Notes under the pieces: model-generated | Told to the model about the DNA's origin: nothing | The model's database searches: none | What the model saw: the letters and a program-made list of their open reading frames with translations, nothing else | Shown here: in pieces, positions 37,712 through 48,850 of the stretch | Position numbering within the stretch: position 1 is the stretch's first letter | Layout: the number at the start of each line of letters is the position of its first letter | Program-made: the position numbers and the translations under genes | NCBI RefSeq assembly: GCF_006345805.1 | Contig: NC_042997.1 | Location: 81,406,001-81,470,000, forward strand | Direction: 5' to 3' | Origin: Octopus sinensis | Lineage: Eukaryota | Length of the DNA stretch: 64,000 nt

Positions 37712-38586
37712 CAACAACAACAACAGCATTATCATTATCACTGGCTTTCCATACCTGTTCTTCTTAACTCTCTTCTCTACCCCAATGCCTTCTCATCATC
37801 ATTAGTTCTGTTGTTCTTATTCACCTTTTCATCATCATCACATTATTGCTACTCTCTTTTACTTTTCCTTTTCATCCCCTTCCCATTTTCCTTCACCAGC
37901 ATCATCATCATCATCATCATCATCATTATTATTTCATTAAACATGTACATTTCCACACTTTATTTTTGTCTTAAACAGGTCTGACCAGTACTTAAAGGGA
38001 AGAGTGGGATAACTTGTATTTTAACCTCAGATATGTCCTAATCAAGCAGGCCTACCATCAAAGGCTTTGAGCTGTAATCATCACATCTTTTACATTCAGT
38101 GCTTTGTTCCTGTTTTTTTTTTGTTTTTGTTTTTTTATTATTAATGGTAGATTATGATTTGAGGGAGATTTGGTTGTTATAGAATTTGGAATGGGCATCA
38201 GTTTGGTTGTATAGTAACAACAAATATATTATTGTGTGTGTGTGTGTGTTACTGTAGCTGAGGTCTATGGTGGTATGCCAGCTACAGGATGTGAAATGAG
38301 AAAGAGAGGTGGGGAGAATGCAAAGAAACAGAGAAAGAAAGTGTAGGAGAAAGAAAGAAGATTGAGAGAGAAAATGCAACAAGAGAAAAAGACACAGTGA
38401 GAGAAAGTAAATTAAAGAAAGAGAGAGAGGGGGGAGGCATGCAGTAGGAGACAAAGAGAAAGAAAGGAGGAGATAGAGAGAAAGAGATACAGTGGGAGAG
38501 AGAGAGAGAGCTCAAGAAAGAGCAATAAAAGGAAAAACGCAATGAGCGGAAATGAGTGAAAGACAGAGAAAGAGAAATAAATATAT

Positions 38587-38643
<57 letters not shown>

Positions 38644-38650
38644 AAAAAGG
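36817..38650. repeat. simple-repeat cluster: (TG)n, (CAC/CAT)n, purine-rich (GA)/(GAAA)n
   Basis: Seen directly. Confidence 0.85.
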
Positions 38651-39582
38651 AAAGAAAGGAAACAGAAATAAAGGAAAGGGAATGGTGCAATGAAAAGTGA
38701 TGAGTGAAAAAGAAACAGTTTACATGAGCAATAAAATCACAATGCAGTTTCAACTTCTAAAACCAGTTCTCTTACAAATTTTGTGATGTTGTACAGTGAA
38801 CTACAGCACTTTACATGAAATATAAAGTTCAAAGATGAGCTTCTTTTTGCTAGATTCACAATTCCTATATTTTAGTAGAGAGGCAAAAGTGGAAAAATGT
38901 ATGAAATAGCTATGCACATGCCCCCCCCCCCACACACACACGTATGTGTGTGTGTGTGTATGTGCATTTCCTTCTCAACCACATGGTTCTGGGTTCAGTC
39001 CCATTGTGTGGCACTTTGGGCAAGCGTCATCTATTGCCTTGGGCTATAGTAGAAGATGCAGTGGATTTGATGGGTGGAAACTGAAAGAAGCCCATCATAT
39101 ATGTAGCCTTTGTTAAGCTATACATAAAATAACCGCAAATGAGGATTTGTTGAAGTCTTGCTTTTTGTGTGTTAAACAACTACAATGTGAGAGAGTGAGT
39201 GGTCCACTATTAAAACCCAGGTGACTAGTTCAGTAACTAGTCCACAGTAAAAGTCCTTGTCCACAGTTCATCTTTTTCAAGTTCATGGGTAATGCCCTAC
39301 ATAGCTCCACTCAGAACTGTTAACTGTCACTAGAACCAATAAGGTGTTTTTACCACCCACCTGTGCATGTAGTTACTTGCAATTTGGATTGGTTTCAGTC
39401 TATTGATGGAAACCATGTACTCTCATCCTCCAATCAATAGTTTAAATGACTTGTCTTTTGTATGAATCATTTCATATGGTCATTCATAGGGTAACTGAAG
39501 GGTTTCCATCATGTATTGTGATGAACCTTGTGGAGGTCATTTGGTACTGAGGACATAGTTGTATAGCTCTCTCTCTCTCTTC

Positions 39583-39614
<32 letters not shown>

Positions 39615-39751
39615 GGATAAATTTGAAAACATGATTAAAAATGACTTTTCTTATAATTTTTCCACATTAATAATTAGATGTTTATAAATTAAATACCTAA
39701 TTATTAAAGTGGAAAAATTATCAGAAAAGCCATTTCTATTCATTTTTTCAA

Positions 39752-39757
<6 letters not shown>

Positions 39758-39808
<51 letters not shown>

Positions 39809-39870
39809 TGTGTGTGTGTGTGTGAACATACACATGCATATATGAATGTATATATATGCACACACATGCA

Positions 39871-39920
<50 letters not shown>
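39758..39920. repeat. (TG)n...(CA)n microsatellite pair
   Basis: Seen directly. Confidence 0.9.
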
Positions 39921-39923
<3 letters not shown>

Positions 39924-40459
39924 TTGATTCAGTCCAAGTATATGTAACTCATTTAACAGAGAAAATGAAAAAAAGTAACCAACATGAACTATCAAATTAT
40001 CAATTTTCAGCCCTGCAGCTTGAGTGTAATGATTTAAAAGTACTGTACTGAGATACCATAAATCTTGATCTATTGACAAGTAGATTATAAATTCTATCTA
40101 AAAGCATTTGATCAACCAAATTAAAGATATTGATTTCTTAGGCACAAGGTCACAAGTTGTGTGCAGTGGGAATAATTTATTAAATCAAACAGCACTTGAC
40201 TGGTACTTTACTCAAGAAGGAAAACAAAGTTGATCCTGGCTGGATTTCAATTCAAAATGGACAGGGTTGAACTGGCAAATTCTTCCAAATAAAATTTTCA
40301 GACTTTTATCCAAATTTCCCCAACTTCTTTTATTCTCTGTTATTTTTTGTAATTGGTACACTTGAGAAACATTTCAGTTTGTCAACATTTGTCCCTCTTC
40401 GGTGTATGTAAGTATATGTATGTGTATATGTATACACACACACACACACACGCACACAC

Positions 40460-40993
40460 GAGTAAATGTAATGACCAGCAAGTTAGGCAAGTCAATTTAC
40501 ACAAAATAAATTACATCTAATAGAAAATATGTACGTGTATGGATATAAAATAGCCCAATATACAGAATATAAATGATATCAGGAGCTGTGTTTGGGGGCT
40601 TGGTGGTCCAAAATAATGATAGTTACTTCTATCTTTAAACTCCATCCTATCAACACCTCAAATGTAAAATTCTCCCCTGAAGACAGAGGCAGTGTTATAC
40701 AATAATGGATCCAAGTAACTATCATTATTCCAGACCACCAAGCCCCCGGAAACAACTGTTGGACTAGTAACACTCTACTCATTTAACTCCTGATATTATT
40801 TATATTCTGTAAGTCAGACTATTTTATATCCATACACATTCATTTTTTTATTAAATGTATTTAATATTCGGTGTAAATCGATTTGCCTAACTTGCTTCTC
40901 ATTACATTTACTCATCTACTGGCTTAAGTTCAAATCTCTTGAGCACTTCAAAGTGTATTCTATATAGAAAACACCTATCTCTAACAATAAATG
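40460..40993 (+). mobile_element. fold-back non-autonomous element (inverted pLTR-like arms) with hammerhead-like core
   Basis: Imperfect inverted arms 40460-40628 and 40713-40913; CTGAAGA (40677)...GAAACAACTGTT (40749); ~80-bp tail ending in (TA)n. Confidence 0.6.
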
Positions 40994-40994
40994 A

Positions 40995-42787
40995 TATATA
41001 TATAGATAAGAAAGTTGGTTTGTGAAAGCACGTGGTTGAATATATAGAAAATAGTAAAAAGTGAAAAAACTACAGAAGGCTTAAAGGTTAAAAAATATAT
41101 ATTTTGAGTCAATATGTCTGAAGAATATTAAAAATTTTTTTCTTACAATGACATAGTTTAGAAGAAAGACCGGTTTCGCGTTTAGCTTTTCAAATTTCTT
41201 ACATTATGTTTATGTTGAACAGAGTTTTCGTTATGTTTATGTTTAAAAGAGTTCTAAATAAGGGGAGGTAATGAGTGATTTCTTCCGGTGTAAGGGAGAT
41301 AATCGCTTAAAATTTTTTTCCTTTCCCTTGGTGTGAATTTCTCTGTGTCAGTATGTTGGTATGGTTAAGTCTGGGCTTGTACTTTTCAGTGAAGAATGTT
41401 TCCTTGTTTAGTCTAATTTGTGTTGATGATCCAATAGCACATTGGTAAAATGGAAAGATTAAAAATTGTGGTAGTAGTTACTTTGCGCATTTCTCAATGT
41501 GCTCACTAAAAGGTATCATTCTGTATTCTGGGAATGCAATCTGTTGTCGATGCAGTGCGCATCTACATCTGAGTGATAGTCCCGTGAATCCCACGTAGTC
41601 TTGGTGGCAGCCTGAGCATTTTATGACATAAATTATGTTTTCAGAGGCACAAGTAAAGTTAGATTTGATCTTGAATTTCTGTCCCTCTTTAAAGAGGAAT
41701 TCTGATCCTTCTTGCAGGTTTGGACATGTTGCCCAGTTCGATCTACCACATTTTTTTACTTTTGCATCCGTAATTTCAGAAAACAATTTTGCCTTTGTGA
41801 GAATCTTTTTAAGTGATTTAGGTTGTTTGTAGCTTTTAATGATTTGGTGTATGTTTAGAATTTCCTTTAATTTGGGGTCCTTATGAAGTATTGGTAAATT
41901 CTGGGTGATGATGGTGAAGGCTTCTTTGTTTCTGGGGTTGTATGTAGATATGTAAGGTAGTATTTTCGGGGGAGGTGTGTTGTTGTGTTGAACTTTTCTT
42001 AAAGTTTCTATGTTGATTTCTGTTGCACGTCTGATCCCATCCTCTATGAGTTGAGCTGGGTAATGTCTGTCAATTAGGGTGTTTTTGAGTTCTTGCAGTC
42101 TAAAGTTCCTGGTATTTTGTTCTGACACTATTGTGCATATCCTTCTTGCAAGGTTGAAGAGGATGTTTGTTTTAGTGTGTCTTGGGTGGCATGAATTAAA
42201 AAGAAGGTATTGTTTGGCGTCTGTGGCTTTGTAAAAAATGTCTGTTTCTATTTTAAGGTTAATTTTTTTAATTAGTATATCCAAGAACGGGAGCTCCTTT
42301 TGGTTGTATTCCATTGTGAATTGTATATTTGGGTTTATGCTGTTCAATAGGTTTTTAAATTTTAGGAGTTTATCTGTGTTTTCATTCCAGAGTATAAAAC
42401 AATCGTCTAAGAATCGTTTCCAATTCTCTTTTATGTATTGAGAAAGGGGGTTTCCAAAGATTGATAAAGATTCCTGGTAAATGATTATTTCCATGTAGCC
42501 CATTGTTAGGTTCGCAATGACTGGTGCTGCCCTTGTACCCATAGCAATTCCGGATTTTTGACGGTAAAATGTATTGTCAAACATGAAGTGGTTATTATGT
42601 AGGATGAATTCAATTGATTTAGTAATGAATTCTTTACTGATCCTTTTTGGTATTTCTTCCGGAAATTGGTCCAGCCAGAACTGTATTGCCTCTAGTCCAT
42701 AATTATGAGGTATACTGGTATATAAGTTAACTACATCAAATGAAACCAGGATTGTTTCTTCCTTGGCTTTTTTTGGAAGGTGGTTTA
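40995..42787 (-). mobile_element. inverted, 5'-truncated copy of Penelope 3 (RT C-half, GIY-YIG, 3' pLTR and tail)
   Basis: Reverse complement of 45078-46805, extended by a tail matching 42860-42900. ORF 41478-42584 has GIAMGTRAAP, RFLDDCF and IIYVIKCSGCHQDYVG. Confidence 0.93.
41162..41200 (-). ncRNA. minimal type I hammerhead ribozyme (U3-A8 variant)
   Basis: Minus strand: AAGAAA-U-UUGAAAA-GC UAAAC GC-GAAA-CCGGU-C-UUUCUU. Palindromic stem III ACCGGU, GUC cleavage triplet, stem I AAGAAA/UUUCUU. Confidence 0.7.
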
Positions 42788-42906
42788 TTGACTCAAATAT
42801 ATATTTTTTAACCTTTAAGCCTTCTGTAGTTTTTTCACTTTTTACTATTTTCTATATATTCAACCACGTGCTTTCACAAACCAACTTTCTTATCTATATA
42901 TTAAAC

Positions 42907-44264
42907 ATGTGAGACCGAAAATGCTACAGAAGACCAACACCTCGGATAAAACTACAAATGAGGACATTCTCAAAGAACTGAAAAGTATTAATACACAGCT
43001 CATTACCCTGAACAACAAAATCGAGGAATCAAACCTACTCGCCCGGGAAAGTAAAAGCAGTGAAGATACAACTCGCTACACTGACCAGGTTAGTAAGGTT
43101 TGCAACTGTTATACACAACACTAAATTCAATTTTCATCAACAAATCCGAAAATAAAAAACACACACCAAATGAAACACAGTAGGACATCATACGCACCCA
43201 AATTAACCCAGTAAAAAGAAAAATTGGAAACATTTGGAATACAAACCTGCACAATAGAAAACTCGCCTTCTGGAACATGATAAAAAATTCCAACAAAGCA
43301 GATATATACGAGGGATGGATGAACTCAACACCAATTATCCTCCCACGCAAATTCCAGATAAAATTAATTCCTAACGAGCCTGACGGACAGAGAACTATTA
43401 GGGAAAAGTCAGCTCTGTTCAATTTAAGATCAGAAATAGAGCTTCTAAGACTAAGGGCCTCCACAAATGAGGAAAAATTTAAAAGCATCGACGAGGAGAT
43501 GCACAATATAATACAAAAACATACCGAGGGACAACCCCTCGAAAATACATTAGATCATTGGAAGGATACCTGTGAAAAAAAAGAGAGAAATTCTCTCCTG
43601 CGCTGGGAGAAAAACATCGATTTCTTCCAAAAATATAGTTCAACTTTCAAAAATGAATTGGGTACAAATAATCCCTTCCTTAAGAAAATTACCAAAAATA
43701 AAAAAGAAAAACCAAACAACCCCCAACTATCCTCCATACACTAAAAACAGAAATCACCCACAACCAACCTTTGCAAACCACGCAAGACCTAACAGGGAAC
43801 TAGCTGACAGACGACGCGTCTATGAAATAAATTACACCAAAAACAGAACACACCAACAACATCCTAATACCAGACCCAACCACCATACACCACAAAACGA
43901 CACTAGAATAAGAAATACACCACACACAAGTCGCTACTACCCCATGAACCAAAATTACTGGTCCTCACTGAACACTAGACAAACGCAAAAGAACACTATG
44001 TCAAGCAACATCCCACATACAAGCAGTTCGAAACAAAAATATTTCACATACAGAAATTTTACACACACCACAAACAAAAACAACCATAGATTCCCCCACA
44101 CACACAACGATCGGGGGCAACAATACCACCATTCCCCCAACCCAATATCACACAACCTCACAGACAACTCATACAAACAAAATTACACCCAACATTTTTT
44201 AGCCAGGGACCAGAGACACCAGGACACAGGCTGGAACCTAGTAATAAGGAAAAACCGAAGATAA
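42907..44264 (+). pseudogene. Penelope 3 ORF1 (coiled-coil plus low-complexity protein), disrupted
   Basis: EDILKELKSINTQLITLNNKIEE (heptad pattern), then WNTNLHNRKLAFWNMIK..ADIYEGW..IILPRKFQIK..RSEIELLRLR..EEKFKSIDEEM. Ends HFLARD...NRR*. Confidence 0.7.
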
Positions 44265-46540
44265 TCAATCTTTCAACCAAACCTCTTTCTAACATAAAAA
44301 TTGACATCCTCTCAAAAGGGCTCAAATTTACACCACCTCCACGCAGAGCCAACCTAAATGAAATCAAGGATAATATAACAGAATTTTGCAGAAAATTAAG
44401 ACTAGCAGAAGCATCAACCAGTTTCAATACTGAAGATGAATCACTAGTCAAGAACAAAAGTGAACACATCCCACACAGAGGAAGAAATAAAGATCTTGAC
44501 GAATTCTGTAACCACATTGAGAACTTTCTCTACCATACTATACATAAACAGAAAGTTAACTCAAATTTTAACACTACACAATGGAAGGAACTGATAGAAC
44601 TTCAAAATGATGAGGATATAACCATTAAGGAAGCAGACAAGGGAAATGCAGTTGTAATAATGGATACATCATACTATAGAAATCTTGTAATTTCCTTGCT
44701 TGATGACGACCTACATTATGAAAAAATTACCAACTACACCCCACAAAAAATAATGAAAACTCTATCTTCACTAATTAAAACCCATGAAAAGGAACTAACA
44801 ACCAAAGAGATTGACTTTCTAACAAACTTTAAATGCAAACCTAGCCTTTTCTATGGTCTGCCAAAAATTCATAAAAGCCAAATTATAAATGAAACCATTA
44901 AAAAATCACCAGACATACATACACACACCTAACCCGGGGGACCTAAAACTACGACCCATTGTAGCTGGCCCAACCTGTGAAACACACAGACTAAGTCTAT
45001 TTATGGATTTATGGACATCCTCCTGAAACCCTTCCTTAAACATATCGATAGCCATATCAGAGATGACTTAGATATGTTAAACCACCTTCCAAAAAAAGCC
45101 AAGGAAGAAACAATCCTGGTTTCATTTGATGTAGTTAACTTATATACCAGTATACCTCATAATTATGGACTAGAGGCAATACAGTTCTGGCTGGACCAAT
45201 TTCCGGAAGAAATACCAAAAAGGATCAGTAAAGAATTCATTACTAAATCAATTGAATTCATCCTACATAATAACCACTTCATGTTTGACAATACATTTTA
45301 CCGTCAAAAATCCGGAATTGCTATGGGTACAAGGGCAGCACCAGTCATTGCGAACCTAACAATGGGCTACATGGAAATAATCATTTACCAGGAATCTTTA
45401 TCAATCTTTGGAAACCCCCTTTCTCAACATAAAAGAATGGAAACGATTCTTAGACGATTGTTTTTATACTCTGGAATGAAAACACAGATAAACTCCTAAA
45501 ATTTAAAACCTATTGAACAGCATAAACCCAAATATACAATTCACAATGGAATACAACCAAAAGGAGCTCCCGTTCTTGGATATACTAATTAAAAAATTAA
45601 CCTTAAAATAGAAACAGACATTTTTTACAAAGCCACAGACGCCAAACAATACCTTCTTTTTAATTCATGCCACCCAAGACACACTAAAACAAACATCCTC
45701 TTCAACCTTGCAAGAAGGATATGCACAATAGTGTCAGAACAAAATATACAGGAACTTTAGACTGCAAGAACTCAAAACACCCTAATTGACAGACATTACC
45801 CAGCTCAACTCATAGAGGATGGGATCAGACGTGCAACAGAATCAACATAGAAACTTTAAGAAAAGTTCAACACAAAACAACCTCCTCCCCGAAAATACTA
45901 CCTACATATCTACATACAACCCCAGAAACAAAGAAGCCTTCACCATCATCACCCAGAATTTACCAATACTTCATAAGGACCCCAAATTAAGGAAATTCTA
46001 AACATACACCAAATCATTAAAAGCTACAAACAACCTAAATCACTTAAAAAGATTCTCACAAAGGCAAAATTGTTTTCTGAAATCGGTGCAAAGTAAAAAA
46101 ATGTGGTAGATCGAACTGGGCAACATGTCCAAACCTGCAAGAAGGATCAGAATTCCTCTTTAAAGAGGGACAGAATTCAAGATCAAATCTAACTTTACTT
46201 GTGCCTCTGAAAAATATTTATGTCATAAAATGCTCAGGCTGCCACCAAGACTACGTGGATTCACGGGACTATCACTCAGATGTAGATGCGCACTGCATCG
46301 ACAACAGATTGCATTCCCAGAATACAGAATGATACCTTTTAGTGAGCACATTGAGAAATGCGCAAAGTAACTACTACCACAATTTTTAATCTTTCCATTT
46401 TACCAATGCTATTGGATCATCAACACAAATTAGACTAAACAAGGAAACATTCTTCACTGAAAAGTACAAGCCCAGACTTAACCATACCAACATACTGACA
46501 CAGAGAAATTCACACCAAGGGAAAGGAAAAAAATTTTAAG
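44195..46540 (+). pseudogene. Penelope 3 RT + GIY-YIG endonuclease
   Basis: KIINLSTKPLS..ILSKGLKFTP, IKEADKGNAVVIMD, FYGLPKIHK, SFDVVNLYTSIP, GIAMGTRAAP. Many single-base deletions after ~45430 relative to the inverted copy. Confidence 0.9.
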
Positions 46541-46648
46541 CGATTATCTCCCTTACACCGGAAGAAATCACTCATTACCTCCCCTTATTTAGAACTCTTT
46601 TAAACATAAACATAACGAAAACTCTGTTCAACATAAACATAACGTCGT

Positions 46649-46687
46649 AAGAAATTTGAAAAGCTAAACGCGAAACCAGTCTTTCTT
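46649..46687 (+). ncRNA. hammerhead ribozyme copy in Penelope 3 3' end
   Basis: Same as 41162-41200 except stem III reads ACCAGU. Confidence 0.6.
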
Positions 46688-46830
46688 CTAAACTATGTCA
46701 TTGTAAGAAAAAAATTTTTAATATTCTTCAGACATATTGACTCAAATATATATTTTTTAACCTTTAAGCCTTCTGTAGTTTTTTCACTTTTTACTATTTT
46801 CTATATATATATATATATATAAATATATAT

Positions 46831-46868
<38 letters not shown>

Positions 46869-46869
46869 C

Positions 46870-47090
46870 CATCACCATCATTACTTAACATCTATCTTCC
46901 CGGCTGGCAGGAAGATAGGAGTTAGTAATCCAGAGAGCTGCACCAGACTCCATTGTCTGCTTTGGTATGGTTTCAATAGCTTGATGCCCTTCCTAACGCC
47001 AACTGCCTTACAGAGTGTACCAGGTGCTTTTTGTGTTACATCAGCACTAATGTTTTTTAAATAGCACCAGCACCATTGAGGTCATCAAAT
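46870..47090 (-). mobile_element. short element sharing the RTE 3' tail
   Basis: Plus strand reads CATCACCATCATT...GATGCCCTTCCTAACGCCAAC, the reverse complement of the RTE 3' UTR and (GAT)n tail. Confidence 0.6.
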
Positions 47091-47289
47091 AAAATGTGAG
47101 ACGATGACCTCTCAGCTGGGAGAGAGAGTGGAACCAAGGGAAGTTGGTTTGTGCTAGATGGGAAGATAGAGTATAATAGAAGAATATTTACATGATGTGT
47201 GTGTGTGTGTGTGTGTGTAATTAATAATCTTAGGGTAGCAAAAAAAATTAGAAAAATTCTTTGCTACCAGTGGTCTAGCGAGAAGCTAG

Positions 47290-47339
<50 letters not shown>

Positions 47340-47499
47340 ATGTATGTATATGTGTTTGTGCATATATTATCATCATCATTATCATTTTAATGTCAACATT
47401 TCCATGCTTGCATTGGTTGGGCAGAATTTGTTCAGGTAGAAAGTAAGGTAATATTTTCCCTAGCCAGACAGGTATTCATAAAATATCAGAAATATGGTA

Positions 47500-47616
47500 C
47501 TTATTCTATCATCTCTTTTGTCGAACCGCTAAGTTACAGGGATGTAAACACACCAGCAACAGTTGGTCAAGTGGTTGGAGGCAGGGTGACAAACATAGAC
47601 ACAAAGACATACATGC

Positions 47617-47653
<37 letters not shown>

Positions 47654-47830
47654 ATATATGCATGCATGTGATGGGATTCTTTCAGTTTCTGTTTACCAAG
47701 TACATTCACGAGGCTTTGGTCGGCCCAAGGCAATACTAGAAGACACATGCCCAAGGTGCCATTCTATAGGACTGAACCCTGAACCAAGTGGTTGGGAAGC
47801 AAGCTTTTTACCACACAGCCACACCTATGC
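47500..47830 (-). mobile_element. SINE family B copy
   Basis: GCTAAGTTACAGGG...CTTTCAGTTTC...GCCCAAGGTGCC...TTACCACACAGCCAC. Confidence 0.75.
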
Positions 47831-48451
47831 CTATATATATATATATATATGTAAATGCACAACACATGTGTGTTACAAACAATCTGATGTAAGTGTAGTA
47901 GAGCTACATTTTTTTTCCATTTTCTTTTTTGTTAAACCTTCACTGTGAAATTCTGAGCAAATGCAAATACACTTCCTTATTTTCACTCATAGTAAAACAG
48001 ATTTTCCTGATATATTACATGATTTGTTAGCCACTCATCAAAGCAGTATCTTCTCAGCCCATGAAGAGAACTTTTTAGGAAAAATGAAATTTTAAAACAA
48101 TGTTAAATTTTCTAATTCATGTTGCATTGTGCATAAATATCCATGAATTATTAATCCCACTACTGACAAATTCACTGTATGCAAACTAGTCTAACCATTA
48201 TAGCTAACAGCATTAAATAGTTTTATACATTTATATACAATGGCAACCAAAAGATCAAATTGTTGATCATGAGTATCAGATGGGTAATAATAGTCAGCCT
48301 CGAAGAAGTAGTCCTATGATCAAAGGTGTTCTGACATGGCCATTTCATCATTTTTCTTTTATTCAGATTGTTATCTAAAAAAACAATTTTTAAAGAGAAT
48401 AAGATATTATTTTAGGGAGATTAAGCTGTTATTCCTTGTGATCATATAGAG

Positions 48452-48850
48452 CAATGTTTCCCAACCTATTTTACCCTAGGTCCCACTATAACTTTCCAGA
48501 AAAATACTTGCCCCACTGGTGGTTGGAAAAAAACCAACTTTATTTTTAATATTTTATCACAATTATTTAATACAAAGAGAATCTACTGGTAACTCTTTTA
48601 TTGAGTACTAAGTATTAACTTCTCATGATAATATACTTTCTTTGAAGAAATATCCACACTAGGGCATTAAACTAGCACTATATTGTACCAAACAGTCTTC
48701 ATGCAGTATACTTCGCTGGAGGTTTGGCTAGGCTGAGTATAGGTGTAGTATGTTTGTTGTGAAAAAGGATTTTCACAATTCCTGGTCCAACTAAAAAAAA
48801 AAAAAATTTGGAGACCATGCCCCACCACAATTTTCCATGGGGAATCACTG
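48452..48850. mobile_element. hAT/Charlie-type MITE
   Basis: Perfect 8-bp TSD ATATAGAG (48444-48451, 48851-48858); TIR-like ends CAATGTTTCCC / GGGAATCACTG. Confidence 0.85.

Larger units (their letters stand above)
42786..46805 (+). mobile_element. Penelope-like retroelement 3 (Neptune-type), full length with direct pseudo-LTR
   Basis: Direct terminal repeat (42786-42858 matches 46735-46807), ORF1, then RT-EN from KIINLS..KGLKFTP through GIY-YIG. 3' flank is (TA)n. Confidence 0.93.
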
